Shown here: in pieces, positions 31,046 to 42,583 of the stretch
Numbering within the stretch: the first letter of the stretch is position 1
Layout of the letters: each line of letters begins with the position of its first letter
Virus record (IMG/VR): IMGVR_UViG_3300009703_000011
From: an uncultured virus (IMG/VR IMGVR_UViG_3300009703_000011)
Lineage: Duplodnaviria; Heunggongvirae; Uroviricota; Caudoviricetes
Reading direction: 5' to 3' (one strand)
DNA: 64,000 bases
Translations under genes and position numbers: made by a program
Notes under the pieces: model-generated
Told to the model about the DNA's origin: nothing
What the model saw: only the letters and a program-made list of their open reading frames with translations
Database searches by the model: none

Positions 31046-32500
31046 ATGTCCGACGATATCTTTATTAGTGAGCCTGGAGTTGATTATTCAGAGAGCTTTC
31101 CTGAAGAAAAGAATGAGGTAGAGAATACACAGCCTCTCGTCTGGGATCAGAAACTTCCTCTATTCGGGGAGAGTACAAATCCTAATCATGAAATCTTTGT
31201 TGTCCCTACTCTAGAAGGTGCAGATGCCGATGATCGATGGAATGGATCAATTGGTGATGCTGTTATGAACCACGCTCGTGATATGAGCCACCGTCAACCA
31301 GAGATGGATCATTATATTTTCATGCGAAATGGTAATATTTTTCGTATGGAGCACAACGTGATGACTCCAGATGTCGATGGTTCCCGAAGGATTAACAAGG
31401 AGATTATTTCCGTCTTGACCTCAGGAGATAAAACTACTGCTGAGGATAAGGAGAATGTTGTAGCCTTTCTTCAGTCAGAGATTCTAGAAGCTCGTCGTTC
31501 CAATGAAGAGAAAGAAGATGCCATGGATCAAACTCTTGTTCCATATGAAGAGTGGGAGACTAAGCCTCAGATGACTCAAAGCTGGGATGTTCCATCTACA
31601 CCCAAGCCTATCTTTATCTATGCTGGTAACAGTAAGCAGATGTTCTATGATGAGTTTCCAGAAGATCATCCTGATAGGAATGTTATTAACAGGTTTCTAA
31701 CTATTACGAACGGTATTGACTGGGATGACTGGAATGAAGATACAGTAGGATATTTTGAGAAGTGGATGAACAATCAAACCTGGTCTGTTCCCAATGTGCC
31801 TTTTCACCTAATGGACTTTTGTAAAAAGGTATCCAGTAGCGATGTAACAGAAGAACCAGTTGAAATCATGAGGGATATTCTTGGAAAAATTGATAGCGAG
31901 TGGGGTAAGTCACGATCTAGCTATGTTATTAAACAGTTCAAAGCTTCAGGTCCCATGAAAGAGATGATTAATTTTTATAATCATAACAAAGAGAGGCATG
32001 AAGCTGGAGAGTTAATGCTTACTAAAGTTGGAAAGCTTGGTAAGTCCTTTTTTAAATATGCATCGTCTATGACCAGTGCTCACTGGAATGCTTATTTTAG
32101 GCTCAAGAGCAAATTTGCTCCTCGGGTTTGTATTGAAGGCATGGATTTTAACACTGCAAGTGTTCAAGAGATGACTAGGTTCTTCAAGAGTGAACAGCGT
32201 GCTAAGGATGTTTTCTTTGCACGACCTCTGGTAAGTCTACAGAAATTAGCAGACATGAACCTTATCAAGGCCAAGGATATTAAGGGTGGTAAAAATAATC
32301 AAGCTATGATCTCAATGATTAAAGTTGCAGGTCGTAAATCAATAAAATCCACCACTACTGCATATATGACAAAAGTTGCTCAAAAGATTATTAGTGCACA
32401 ACAGAATAATCCAGAATTTATGACTGAAGAAGAATGGTCAACTATTTGGCAAACCTATAGAATCTGCAAGGGCGAAGTTGAGCAAGCTATTGGTTTGTAA
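31046..32500 (+). CDS. hypothetical protein
   Basis: 484-aa ORF with RBS. Confidence 0.75.
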   Translation: MSDDIFISEPGVDYSESFPEEKNEVENTQPLVWDQKLPLFGESTNPNHEIFVVPTLEGADADDRWNGSIGDAVMNHARDMSHRQPEMDHYIFMRNGNIFRMEHNVMTPDVDGSRRINKEIISVLTSGDKTTAEDKENVVAFLQSEILEARRSNEEKEDAMDQTLVPYEEWETKPQMTQSWDVPSTPKPIFIYAGNSKQMFYDEFPEDHPDRNVINRFLTITNGIDWDDWNEDTVGYFEKWMNNQTWSVPNVPFHLMDFCKKVSSSDVTEEPVEIMRDILGKIDSEWGKSRSSYVIKQFKASGPMKEMINFYNHNKERHEAGELMLTKVGKLGKSFFKYASSMTSAHWNAYFRLKSKFAPRVCIEGMDFNTASVQEMTRFFKSEQRAKDVFFARPLVSLQKLADMNLIKAKDIKGGKNNQAMISMIKVAGRKSIKSTTTAYMTKVAQKIISAQQNNPEFMTEEEWSTIWQTYRICKGEVEQAIGL

Positions 32501-32879
32501 AACTAGTGTGTTATAATAATCAAGTAAGGATTATTAAGTTATGTCTGACGATAATAAGAAAATGGGAATAGATGACCTTGATCTTTCGGATCTTGGTACA
32601 CCTGTTTCTGAAGAAAAAGAACCTGAAGAATCTCCACAGGATGATCTTATTAGTTATTGGTTAAACAATAAATCTATCGAGAAAGTGACTCCTGAAGAGA
32701 TGGCAGATTGGGTCTCTAATATGTTGCCAGGTACAGACCCAGAAGGTTTTAGTACTGTAACTTTTAATAACAAACAAAAGCGTTGTTCAAATATAGAAAA
32801 AATTCTCTTTCTATATCAATCTTTACAATTCCCAGTTAAAAATAAAACTATGGAATATAAAAACTAAGAGGTAAAAAAA

Positions 32880-33197
32880 ATGTCGAATATTAGCGAAGTT
32901 AAAGTCTATCCACAAAGTGGATCAAATACACTGATGGCACGAGGATCGTTTGTCGTTGCCGGTATGGTTAAAATTAAGTTTTCATACATCAATGGATCAA
33001 AGGGACCCTTTGTTTCTCTCCCACAAGATAAGGTAGAGAAAGATGGGGAAACTAAGTATTACCCACATGCAAACTTTATTTCAAAAGAAGCAGTGGCTGA
33101 AGTGTCACAACTTGTTGCTGCAGCTTATGAGGCCGAGCGTTCAAGCGCTGGTAACAAAGCAGATAGTACAGATAGGGCTGATAATCTTCCCTTTTGA
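32880..33197 (+). CDS. SpoVG family nucleic-acid-binding protein
   Basis: ISEVKVYP...G.KGPFVSLP...Y..HANFIS...VAAAY; acidic DNLPF tail. Confidence 0.75.
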   Translation: MSNISEVKVYPQSGSNTLMARGSFVVAGMVKIKFSYINGSKGPFVSLPQDKVEKDGETKYYPHANFISKEAVAEVSQLVAAAYEAERSSAGNKADSTDRADNLPF

Positions 33198-33204
33198 TTG
33201 ATTT

Positions 33205-33239
33205 AACAGTAGTAGTCTCAATCGGGGCTACTACTGTTA
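33205..33239 (+). terminator. hairpin terminator
   Basis: TAACAGTAGTAGTC...GGCTACTACTGTTA inverted repeat after spoVG-like gene. Confidence 0.55.
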
Positions 33240-33579
33240 CTCCCGTAGGATTATCAGATGGATGACATTGAGAAGCTAGTAGGAAGTATTGTTCTTAAGA
33301 AGAAAAAAACTAAGGGGTGCCTATTCTGGGAAGCAGAACTCTATTACCACACGATAACTGAAGAATTTCAACTAAAAAGAAAGTGGTATACTGAAGGTAA
33401 AACAGGATCACAACATAAGGGAAACCTGGATACAGAATGGGGCTTAAGATATGACAGTCTGTTTAGATGGAAAATAATACAGAAAGTAAAACTACTAGGT
33501 TATAACGAAATAGTAAGTTATATGCCCTTTCAGAACAATCCTAGTATAGAATCCTTAAAAACAAATTTAGTCTGATAAA

Positions 33580-34240
33580 CAAACTTAATAGAGTTTCTCT
33601 AAGAAGTATCAGATTAAACAAATAAATCTATCTATCTAATCTTCTATCAAGGTAGATAGATTATATACAGTTAAGCACTGTATACAAAATGAGATCGCCG
33701 ATAGGGTGTTTACAGAAGGTCATTGTCCCTTTAAAACACCACGGAATACAAATTCCAACTAATCGGTGATCACAAATGAGATAGTGTTACACTTTTCTCA
33801 TAGACACAAATCTATAGGTCCTAGATAAATAGACCGGCAAGACCAGTCCAGACATTTATCCAGGACCTATAAATTCACTAAATTAAATGTATAAAGTAAA
33901 GATCTCCAAGAAAAATTAATATAATCGCTTGAAAGAATCTTGCCTTGACGACCTAGGATGCAGTCAGGGCTAAGAATATTTCAAAAGGAAACCTAGAGCT
34001 TCTTTAGGTTAATAAATTGGATAGAAATTCTCTAAGAGAGAATTATCCATCTGTCGAGTCAAGTAGCTAAAGACAACTTGACCACGACTGGTAGGCTAGG
34101 TAAACCCTATCAGACCAGAAATCAAATACGTAGAGCTTTCTCTACGAAGTAAAAGAAGTGAATATTACATAGTAGTAAAGGTAATTTCCTACTATGAAGT
34201 AGTTTTTATTGTTATAAATTTATGGTAATAAAAAAAGGAA
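33580..34240 (+). ncRNA. putative RT-associated structured ncRNA (msr/msd-like)
   Basis: ~670-nt ORF-free gap directly upstream of RT, packed with hairpins. Confidence 0.55.
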
Positions 34241-34246
34241 TTCAAG

Positions 34247-35476
34247 ATGAGCTTACAAGAGTTCAAAGAGGGACACCAGGACCTTCTTTTAGAAAATCCA
34301 CCAACTACTAAAGATGATAAGTGGCTACAGTGGATGATCGTCTTTTCGGATATGTTTTATCAAAGCTATCCGATATCCAAACCTAACAACAGAGGTTTTC
34401 GATTTATTGAGTCACCCCTTAACAATCTAAAATCTGCACAAAAAAGCCTACTCTGGCAATTTAAAAAGTTTGAAGTACACAAAGCTGCTTTTGGCCTGGA
34501 CAAGAATGATTATCTAAAAAATGCACTTGTTCACAAAGACAAAAAGAGCATTCTAACTTTAGATATTAAGAATTTCTACAAGAGTACCACTCTGTCTAAG
34601 GTTAGAGCTGGGATCACAAAAGATATTCAGCTGAAAGATAAGATAGAGGAGTTGTCTCCCTATATATTCTTTGCTCCTGAAGGCCTCACAAGCCCAGAAG
34701 ACATCTATCTCGCTACCGGATCTCCTCTTTCTCCAATCATTTCTAATTTCGTAATGAAAGAGATTGACCAAGACATGCAAGATCTTGCAAACAAGTCTGG
34801 AGCCTCCTATACAAGATACTTAGATGATTTGACCTTTTCTTTTGACAAAGAGCTATCTAAAGAAGAGAGAGATAAATTCTACGTATCCGTAATAGAGAGA
34901 GTGAGAAAAGATGGTTGGCACATTAACTGGCGTAAAACTAAATGGTTGAATCCTAATCAAGATGCAATGGTTATAACAGGCGTAGATATTAGAGCTATGC
35001 CAAAAGTAACAAGAAGGTATATAGTAAGAAACTTGAGACCAAGAATTAATCAAATAGCTATAGATCTTTTAAGGCTTAATATTACATCACTACGAGCTTC
35101 AATGATTACACATGATACTAACAGTATTTTGAAATTAATAAGTCTGATAGATCCACACCTTGGAGGATGCTTAGCTTATGTCAAACATGTTAGTGTTGAT
35201 CAGTATGATCGATTAAGTGAATACTTTATAAAAAGAGTAGATAGAGCAAGATTACTTTCTAATTATAACAATAACACATTGCACTATCCTCTTTACATAC
35301 CGAAGAGTGTGTATGATAATTATGAAGGAACTTCACTAGCTGAAAAAGATGTACTAATAGGTAAAGCTTTATATCAAAAAGAGCTAGAAATATTGCAAGC
35401 AGGTAATTTGCCAAGAGAGCTAGCTTTTATTGTTGCTGAAATCCTTGTTTATCGTGCAAAGAAAAAGAAGGTGTAG
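34247..35476 (+). CDS. retron-type reverse transcriptase
   Basis: NALVH (NAxxH), LDIKNFY, TGSPLSPIISN, YTRYLDDLTFS, VITG (VTG-like). Confidence 0.85.
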   Translation: MSLQEFKEGHQDLLLENPPTTKDDKWLQWMIVFSDMFYQSYPISKPNNRGFRFIESPLNNLKSAQKSLLWQFKKFEVHKAAFGLDKNDYLKNALVHKDKKSILTLDIKNFYKSTTLSKVRAGITKDIQLKDKIEELSPYIFFAPEGLTSPEDIYLATGSPLSPIISNFVMKEIDQDMQDLANKSGASYTRYLDDLTFSFDKELSKEERDKFYVSVIERVRKDGWHINWRKTKWLNPNQDAMVITGVDIRAMPKVTRRYIVRNLRPRINQIAIDLLRLNITSLRASMITHDTNSILKLISLIDPHLGGCLAYVKHVSVDQYDRLSEYFIKRVDRARLLSNYNNNTLHYPLYIPKSVYDNYEGTSLAEKDVLIGKALYQKELEILQAGNLPRELAFIVAEILVYRAKKKKV

Positions 35477-35477
35477 G

Positions 35478-36059
35478 ATGTCTACTCTATCAATACCGAT
35501 CTTAGTTCTTGATAAGAATTTTCAAGTTTGTGGTCCTCGATCCGCAAGAGATATTATACCTCTAATGTGTGTTGATAAGGCTAAGGTATTAGATAGGGAT
35601 TTTCAATTGCATGATATGGAAAACTGGATTATTTATTCAGAATTGTATATTAAAGAAACTGGCGATCTCGATAATGTTTTTGTAAAATCACCCAGTATTA
35701 GACTCTTGGTTCCTGAGGTTATTGTTCTACTTGATTACCTAAGAAATCCTAATAAGCATAAAAAGGTTAGGTTTAGCAGGGGGAACATCTTTAAAAGAGA
35801 CAACTACGTTTGTCAGTATTGCGGGAAGAAAGTTAAAAAAGCTGATCTTACAATGGATCATATTGTTCCAAAAAGTCAGGGTGGTCCAACTACATGGACC
35901 AATATCACCAGCTCATGCTTTAAGTGTAATACGAAGAAGGCTAACAAGTCTCTCAAGGAATCAGGTATGAGATTACTCTCTATTCCTATTCAGCCTACCT
36001 GGAAAAATCAGATGGAGTCACTTAGAGGGAAGAATCCTTTATGGGAAAAACTGCTGTGA
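35478..36059 (+). CDS. HNH endonuclease (McrA/HNH_5-like)
   Basis: RDNYVCQYCG...TMDHIVPKSQGG..TWTN..SSCFKCN.KK. Confidence 0.9.
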   Translation: MSTLSIPILVLDKNFQVCGPRSARDIIPLMCVDKAKVLDRDFQLHDMENWIIYSELYIKETGDLDNVFVKSPSIRLLVPEVIVLLDYLRNPNKHKKVRFSRGNIFKRDNYVCQYCGKKVKKADLTMDHIVPKSQGGPTTWTNITSSCFKCNTKKANKSLKESGMRLLSIPIQPTWKNQMESLRGKNPLWEKLL

Positions 36060-37748
36060 GTAAAGATAAGGCACCGACAAAAAGACAATCTCCGCTAAAA
36101 GTAGGAACAACTGTCTATTTTTTTGGATTTACAAAGAGTAAGAAATTCGGGCCTCAGCATTATGTATGTAAAGGTAGGATAACTGAATCTCCATCAGCTT
36201 TTAGTAAAGCACCACACAGGGTAAAGATCTCTTCTGTAGCCCTGTCTAAATTTCACAGGCAAGGCTCAGAAGAGGACGGACGAACGCTTTTGGATAAGGA
36301 AATCTACATGCCAATTGCAAAATTAAATCCCGAATTACAACCATGGTTGGCTCCTACTAATTGGTGGATTTGAACACTGAGTAGAACATCGTATACTACT
36401 GGATAGAAAGGTTTTTTCTACCAGGAGGTGGCGATGAAATACAAAAAGAAGTCTGAGTTTAATTTCCATGTTGACTATAAACAAACTCAAAATTGTCCCT
36501 GTGTCAGACGTTCTTGTGCTGGCTTTATGTTTAAAACACTAGTTTGCTATGAAGATTATGGTGACATTATCGAAGAATGGGAGTGTTACTCCTGCCATAA
36601 AACTAGGCGAATTGGAATAGTTCAAAGAAATAATAAACCTGTAAATAAAGGAAGCAGAGATGACAAATCTAGACGATTTTCTGGTAAAAGTAGACAAGAT
36701 TCAAAAGAGCGCAAAAGAAGAGATTGGAACCAAAACAAGCAGAATGGAAGTGATGGTAATTCACGCAGAGTATCTAGGTCCAAAGGGAGTCCTCCAAAAG
36801 ACTCTTAAAACCTTTAGCTCTGGAAACGACCAGGAGCAAAGTCTTTCTAAACATGCTATTAAAGAAGCTACTGACCAAATCAAAACTACCTGTCTTAATA
36901 AAGTTAAGCAGATCGTTCGTTCTGAACAAAATGTCTAACCCACCAACTCTTATAGAATCATCAGATACTCTCTACACTAATATTAAAGACTGGAATATTC
37001 TAAAGAGTTGTGTTTTTCCGATGGGTGATCCCGGACAGGATCAGATTTACCACGGTATAAGCTATTTGTTTGCCAAAACTGAAGACGGCTTCTTGGCTAT
37101 TTTTGACCAGAGAAGACCTACTAATCAACTAGTTTTAGCTGCTAAGTGGTCACCACCTATGATGTTGCGTGGTCCTTCCTATAACCAGTTGCTGGTTGAT
37201 AGAATCTTTTCACAGGCAAACTTCTTAGCTCTTGCTGCATTTATAGAAGAAGCTGATCTTGCTACTAACTATACTGCAGACTTAGAACGTCGTCTTACAC
37301 AGAGCAGAAAAGCAGTTTTAGCAGCACGGAAAGACAATAGCTTATTAACTGAAAGAAATACAGAAATAATGGACTTGAATGCTATTCAAAAGGCCAAGTA
37401 CGAAAAAGAAATTAAAACACTAAAAACAGCTCTCGGTGTAGTAAAGATTGAACACGCTGATGACTGGTTTGAAATTGATTTGTGAGTTAAGTGGTTAAGT
37501 ACTATAAAATAAGAATTCTGGGTACAGAAGAATATTATAACAATAAGGGCAAGTGGCAGAACGAGTCCAAGGGTAGACTGTTCACTAGACATGCAGTCCT
37601 GCAAATCATCCGCTACTGGAAACAATACGAAGAACAAAATCTAGAGAATATCCAATTAGTAGAGTATGACCTTTTAGAAAGACAGGGATATGATCTAAAA
37701 TCATTCTTGACAAAATATCAAAAAACACCAATTATTATAAATAAATAA

Positions 37749-37821
37749 CCGCCTCTAGTCTGGTGACAAGAAGGATCTTATAAATCTTTTGAGCTTGGTT
37801 CAAAACCAAGGGGGCGGACCA
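37749..37821 (+). tRNA. tRNA-Ile (TAT)
   Basis: CCGCCTC/GGGGCGG, CTTATAA loop, short D arm, CCA. Confidence 0.8.
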
Positions 37822-37863
37822 AAAGTTGACATTAAAACTCAACTATGTTTATATTGATTAAAT

Positions 37864-37948
37864 GCTCTTATGGCGAAACTGGTAAACGCGATAATTTCAA
37901 AAGTTATTGTCCTTAGACATGCAAGTTCGACTCTTGCTAAGAGCACCA
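37864..37948 (+). tRNA. tRNA-Leu (CAA)
   Basis: GCTCTTA/TAAGAGC, TTCAAAA loop, variable arm, CCA. Confidence 0.9.
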
Positions 37949-38102
37949 CGATGAAGGCAGGAATTTTTACACATGAGTTCGCAACATTACTTATTATTAC
38001 GATTCTGGCATTCTGGGCTTTGGGACCAGTTATTGCTCTCTTCATCTTCTCTACGCTAATATTATTAGTTTTTACTTTCCTTACAATTAAATATTAAACC
38101 AT

Positions 38103-38191
38103 GGGAATATGGCGGAATTGGTAGACGCGGTGGGTTTAAGCCCCACTGGGCCTCACGGCCCGTGAGAGTTCGAGTCTCTCTATTCCTACCA
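38103..38191 (+). tRNA. tRNA-Leu (TAA)
   Basis: GGGAATA/TATTCCT, TTTAAGC loop, variable arm, CCA. Confidence 0.92.
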
Positions 38192-38912
38192 CTGAAAAGT
38201 TAAGTGATTCATATGAAAATCTTAAATACAGGAATAGATACAATCTTAGATGGGTGGTATCACAGTTTAGAAAGACCTCACTTGTTTGTTAAGTATGAAG
38301 ATGGAGAGCAAATTGGAGGTACCAATAATCGTGCATGCCCTGGAACAAAATCTGGCTATACTTTCAAAGAATATCCTAAAGAGGAGGACCTAAATAAACG
38401 TATCCACTTATACAAACTAAATATACCAGAACAATGGCCATGGGTGTGGCCATGGGTGAGTGGAGAGATTTTCCCATTCATTTCAGAATGGGAAGGACAA
38501 GATAAGCTTCCATTCTATATGGACAAAAATGAAAAGTATTTCACTGATGGTCAGTCTAAAAAATCAATGGCATTTAATCATGATATTGCAAGATTGCCAT
38601 TGTTAAAAGCTAATACCCTAAGAAAGGAAGCCTGGATCCGAACGTCTCATCCACTTCACCTACTAGAAGACTAGATATGAAGACCCTAATTCTCTTACTC
38701 CTCACTTCCCACCTTACTGGATGTTGCTGCTGGGGACTATACACTAGATATGATCAAGCAGAAGAATGCTTTAGTAGTCAAAGAGAAGCATACTGTATAG
38801 ATGCTCTTACAGAAGAACAAAAACTAGAATGTATGACAGAACTACAAGACAGGTGTGTACATGAATCCCTTACTGGCCAATTAGATTGAGAATGATAGTA
38901 TATTAGGTATAT

Positions 38913-38984
38913 AAGCGGGGTGCTGGGCACAAAAAAGCTTCCAATCCTTTTTTTTGCTGGGTTCGATTCCCAGACCGTTTGCCA
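38913..38984 (+). tRNA. tRNA-Trp (CCA), minimal D arm
   Basis: AAGCGG/CCGTTT, G73, TTCCAAT loop, GTGC-TGG-GCAC D arm, CCA. Confidence 0.65.
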
Positions 38985-39282
38985 ATTATGCCTAATAAAG
39001 TAGAAGAGTACATTCATTGGTTTGATAAGTGGAAAGAAGCTATTTGCTCTATAGACACTTCACTTAGTGATGAATGTTGTTCAGATAGATTACAGGGTAT
39101 TTATTTAGAAATGACTCCAGAAGAGAGAGATGAACTTAAAAAGTTGGGATTAAAATGACACCAGAACAGGCAGTAGAATTGATTGAAGTAGGAAATAATT
39201 TAGTATCAGTGAGTGAAACTCTCTCAGTGGTAATTCTGGTTGGATTATTCCTTCATGCAATTATAACTAGTTAATAATATAT

Positions 39283-39366
39283 GGCTGAGTGGCGCAACGG
39301 TTGACGCGCGATCTTTAGGCGGTCGTTTCTTCGGATGTGTGGGTTCGAATCCCACCTCAGTCACCA
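39283..39366 (+). tRNA. tRNA-Leu (TAG)
   Basis: GGCTGAG/CTCAGTC, TTTAGGC loop, CCA. Confidence 0.92.
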
Positions 39367-39369
39367 TAT

Positions 39370-39452
39370 ACCCTAGTGGTGGAATTGGTATACACATGTC
39401 GTTGAGTGCGACACGCGAGAGCATGCAGGTTCGACTCCTGTCTAGGGTACCA
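39370..39452 (+). tRNA. tRNA-Leu (GAG)
   Basis: ACCCTAG/CTAGGGT, TTGAGTG loop, CCA. Confidence 0.9.
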
Positions 39453-39905
39453 ATTATGAAAAATATTAAATGTGGAAATAATACATGCTGGACACGTAGG
39501 CCTCATCATGAAAGACCTGACGAAACTCGATCTCATCAGTTGGTAGAGGTTGAAGATGAATATGAGGGAAAAGCTTTCTGTTCCATTAGTTGTGCATGTG
39601 AAGCTGGTTATTATCATGTTAGAAAAGGATGGATAAAAGATCCATTAAAAGAATAAGTCTTAGTAGAAGGACATAAAAAGATGAAAGAATATAATTATAT
39701 GGATATCTATTCCAAGCCTGGAACAAAAGTTCTCTTCACTGCACAAGGTGGATACGAAGTAGAGAGGGAAGACGCAAAAAATAAACTTGTTCTTGGTAGG
39801 GAATATACAGTAAAGCGTATAGACATGTATTCATACACTTCTCGTGTTGTTTTTGAAGAAGTAGAAGGTCGCTTTAACACTTCATTGTTTGAAAAAGTAG
39901 ATTAA

Positions 39906-40325
39906 ATGAATCTTAAAATCACTCTATTTCTATTTATATTACTATTTGTACTTGTGACCTGTATGATTACTCCTGTTCATATCAGTAGTGATGCAGGCAC
40001 TCCAAGTCGAGCTGTAAACGATAAGCTTTATGTATTAGGTCCACCTACGATCTACGAAAATGCTGACTCAGGAACAGTTGAGTATGAAGACTCTGGCTGT
40101 AACGATGAAGATCAAGACTCAGATAGCGATTCAGACAGTGATAGCGATTCAGATTCAGACAGTAATAGCGACGAGTACGAACCAGAATACGATGAGATTT
40201 GTGGTTATAGTATGCCAGTTAGAGTTCCTATTTGTCATAGAAATTCTAAAGTTCTTTGCATACCCCTTGTGGCAGTTGAAGCTCATCTGGATCATGGTGA
40301 CTACAGAGGCACTTGTTTATGGTAG
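39906..40325 (+). CDS. secreted protein with Asp-Ser repeat
   Basis: signal peptide, (DS)n tract, C-terminal ICH...AHLDHGD..G.C motif. Confidence 0.7.
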   Translation: MNLKITLFLFILLFVLVTCMITPVHISSDAGTPSRAVNDKLYVLGPPTIYENADSGTVEYEDSGCNDEDQDSDSDSDSDSDSDSDSNSDEYEPEYDEICGYSMPVRVPICHRNSKVLCIPLVAVEAHLDHGDYRGTCLW

Positions 40326-40925
40326 ATTTTAAAATATTAAACATCAACATTCTTAACCAAGAAGACGACTACATTTCTCTCAAAATTAACTTTAAGTTTC
40401 CAGAAAGTGAGCTTCCATCCTTTGGTAATCTGAATGAATATTATAAGGCACCAGTTGTTTTAGAGCCAGAGAAGCTTAAAGAATTTTATAAGAATAGAGA
40501 CTTTTCTTTTCGTGACTTCTTGATTCCCTGCGAGGATAAACCAGGATTTTCTATGTTAAATCCTGACTATCCCAGTCCCTATAAAGAGGGGCTCATTAAG
40601 GTATTAGATATACAAGGCCAAGACTCTATTCATCTAGAAGATGATGGAACTTATAGTTATACAGAGTTTTGCCATGACTGCTATATAGTTCGTGCCTGTT
40701 TAGTTCAACTTGTTGAAATGCAAACAGAGATAGAAAAAGGTATTTGTAAATTTGGTGATTTTCCTGATCAGGTTGGGGCATTCATGTCAGCAGAAGCTCT
40801 TAGAGACTTTGCCTGTATCCTCCGGTCACTTGATTTTTATTGGCACTAAAAGATTAATAATCGAGGCCACCTCACTTGGTCTACCCGTTTCTTACCGGCT
40901 GGGTTGAAGAGAAATGTGACGCCTG

Positions 40926-40945
40926 GTCCCCGTAAGGGACTTTTT
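40926..40945 (+). terminator. intrinsic terminator
   Basis: GTCCC-CGTAA-GGGAC-TTTTT. Confidence 0.65.
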
Positions 40946-41476
40946 AACTTAAAGGATAAAAATGAAAAGTTGGAAGCAAATACAGGATAATATTAAAGTT
41001 TGGCAATTTTATCTAGTATGGTCGTTTTACTGCCTGCTTATAATTTATCTTACAAGCTGTACTCCTCAGCCTCAAGGGTTAGCCGTAGAAGGCGAAAGAG
41101 AACTGGTATTAGACTCTGTATAAGCTCTGTCTGATGAGCTTTTTGAAATTGGTATGCCTCCTTATGTTACATGTACAGATGGGCTAACAATTAAAGCTAT
41201 GGAGCCAGATACGATTGTTTGTGGAGATACAGAACGACTCTGTGGTCCAGGGAAGCATCACACCAATGAAGATGGTACTCGTGAGATTGAATTTGAGCTA
41301 GGAGATGAAATCCCGACCGACGTATTAATACACGAACTTTTTCATGATTACGAAGGTTCTTGTTTAAATGTTGATGATTGGACTATTCAGTATGCTCAAT
41401 TTTTTGGTGGACACTTTGTAGTTTCTACTCTTGGTTATGAAATAATTGCAAACGCAGAAGCGAGGCTTGATCGATA

Positions 41477-41965
41477 ATGTTTAATGCAAAAACTTATGTA
41501 GAAGCACGAATGGTAGCCGAGAAGGTTCATGCTAATCAAACGTATGACAAGATCTTCCCCTATATGAAACATGTTGATGATGTAGTAGCTGTGCTTAATA
41601 GGTTTGGTTATTCTGGAAAATTTAGAATAGCTGGCTTTCTTCATGACAGCATGGAAGATGGTGATCTAAGCTATAAAGACATTAAAACACGTTTTGGTGA
41701 AGATATAGCTGAGATAGTTTTTTGCGTAACAGATGAGCTGGGACGAACTCGTAAAGAGAAAAAAGAGAAAACTCTTCCTAAAACAGCTAGTAATCCTGAT
41801 TCAATTATTGTTAAGCTAGCAGATAGAATTGCCAATATGGAACATGGCGGTAAGGCTGGTATGTATCAAAAAGAGCATTCTGAGTTCAGAAAAGCTCTTT
41901 ATAGACCAGATCACAGTGAAGCTATGTGGACATATCTTGAGGGGCTAATTTTTAGAGATAACTAA
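41477..41965 (+). CDS. HD-domain small alarmone hydrolase-like (RelA/SpoT HD, Mesh1-like)
   Basis: HANQ..PY..H, FLHDSMED, FGEDIAEIV..VTD, VKLADRIAN. Confidence 0.85.
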   Translation: MFNAKTYVEARMVAEKVHANQTYDKIFPYMKHVDDVVAVLNRFGYSGKFRIAGFLHDSMEDGDLSYKDIKTRFGEDIAEIVFCVTDELGRTRKEKKEKTLPKTASNPDSIIVKLADRIANMEHGGKAGMYQKEHSEFRKALYRPDHSEAMWTYLEGLIFRDN

Positions 41966-42558
41966 TGAGTAATCTTATGCTTACGTATAGTGAAAAAGAG
42001 TTTAACCCAGAGAGTCCTAATAGAAGGATGATCAGTGTTACTGATATAGCACATGGATTAGCTATGAATCCTAGATTCAATGGCCAACTAGAAGAGTTCT
42101 TCTCTGTTGCAGAGCACTGTATTATCGTTCAGGAGATTCTAGAAATCTTTGGACACAGTCCCAGAATGCAGATACTCGGTCTTTTTCATGATGGTGAAGA
42201 AGCATATACAGGAGATATCCCATCTCCTATCAAGGTACTATTAAAACCCTACATTGATGAGATTGCAGAACCAATCAAAAGAGCTATTTACTCTAAGCTT
42301 AGAGTTAAAGGGCCTAATAAGGAGGAAAAGAAACAGATCAAAATTGCTGATAATCTTTCCTTCCTAATTGAAGATAGAGATCATAGAAAGCAGAAGGTGA
42401 AACTCGCACCCTTTCTTTCGGAAAACAACATCTCTACTGCACAATGGGAATCTACACAACACTTAACAGCTAAGCCAGTTGGTATTAAATATGCAAAAAT
42501 CAAGTTTCTTGAAAGATATCTAGATCTTGTAGACAAATTAGATATTGACATAACATAG
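41965..42558 (+). CDS. HD-domain nucleotidase (YfbR/YfdR-like)
   Basis: DIAHGLA..RFNG...FSVAEH...LFHDGEEAYTGDIPSPIK...IKIAD. Confidence 0.85.
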   Translation: MSNLMLTYSEKEFNPESPNRRMISVTDIAHGLAMNPRFNGQLEEFFSVAEHCIIVQEILEIFGHSPRMQILGLFHDGEEAYTGDIPSPIKVLLKPYIDEIAEPIKRAIYSKLRVKGPNKEEKKQIKIADNLSFLIEDRDHRKQKVKLAPFLSENNISTAQWESTQHLTAKPVGIKYAKIKFLERYLDLVDKLDIDIT

Positions 42559-42572
42559 AGTGTTATTATAAT
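42545..42572 (+). promoter_or_regulatory. sigma70-type promoter
   Basis: TTGACA-16 nt-TATAAT just upstream of tRNA at 42584. Confidence 0.7.
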
Positions 42573-42583
42573 TAAACAACTGA

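Noticed and set aside
34247..35476. RT as part of a DGR or group II intron
   Set aside because: No TR/VR repeat pair, Avd-like gene, YADD/maturase or intron domain V was seen; NAxxH and VTG-like motifs fit retrons.
40111..40170. Hexamer-like tandem repeat as a CRISPR or regulatory repeat
   Set aside because: It is a degenerate Asp-Ser coding tract within a secreted protein; there are no spacers or cas genes.
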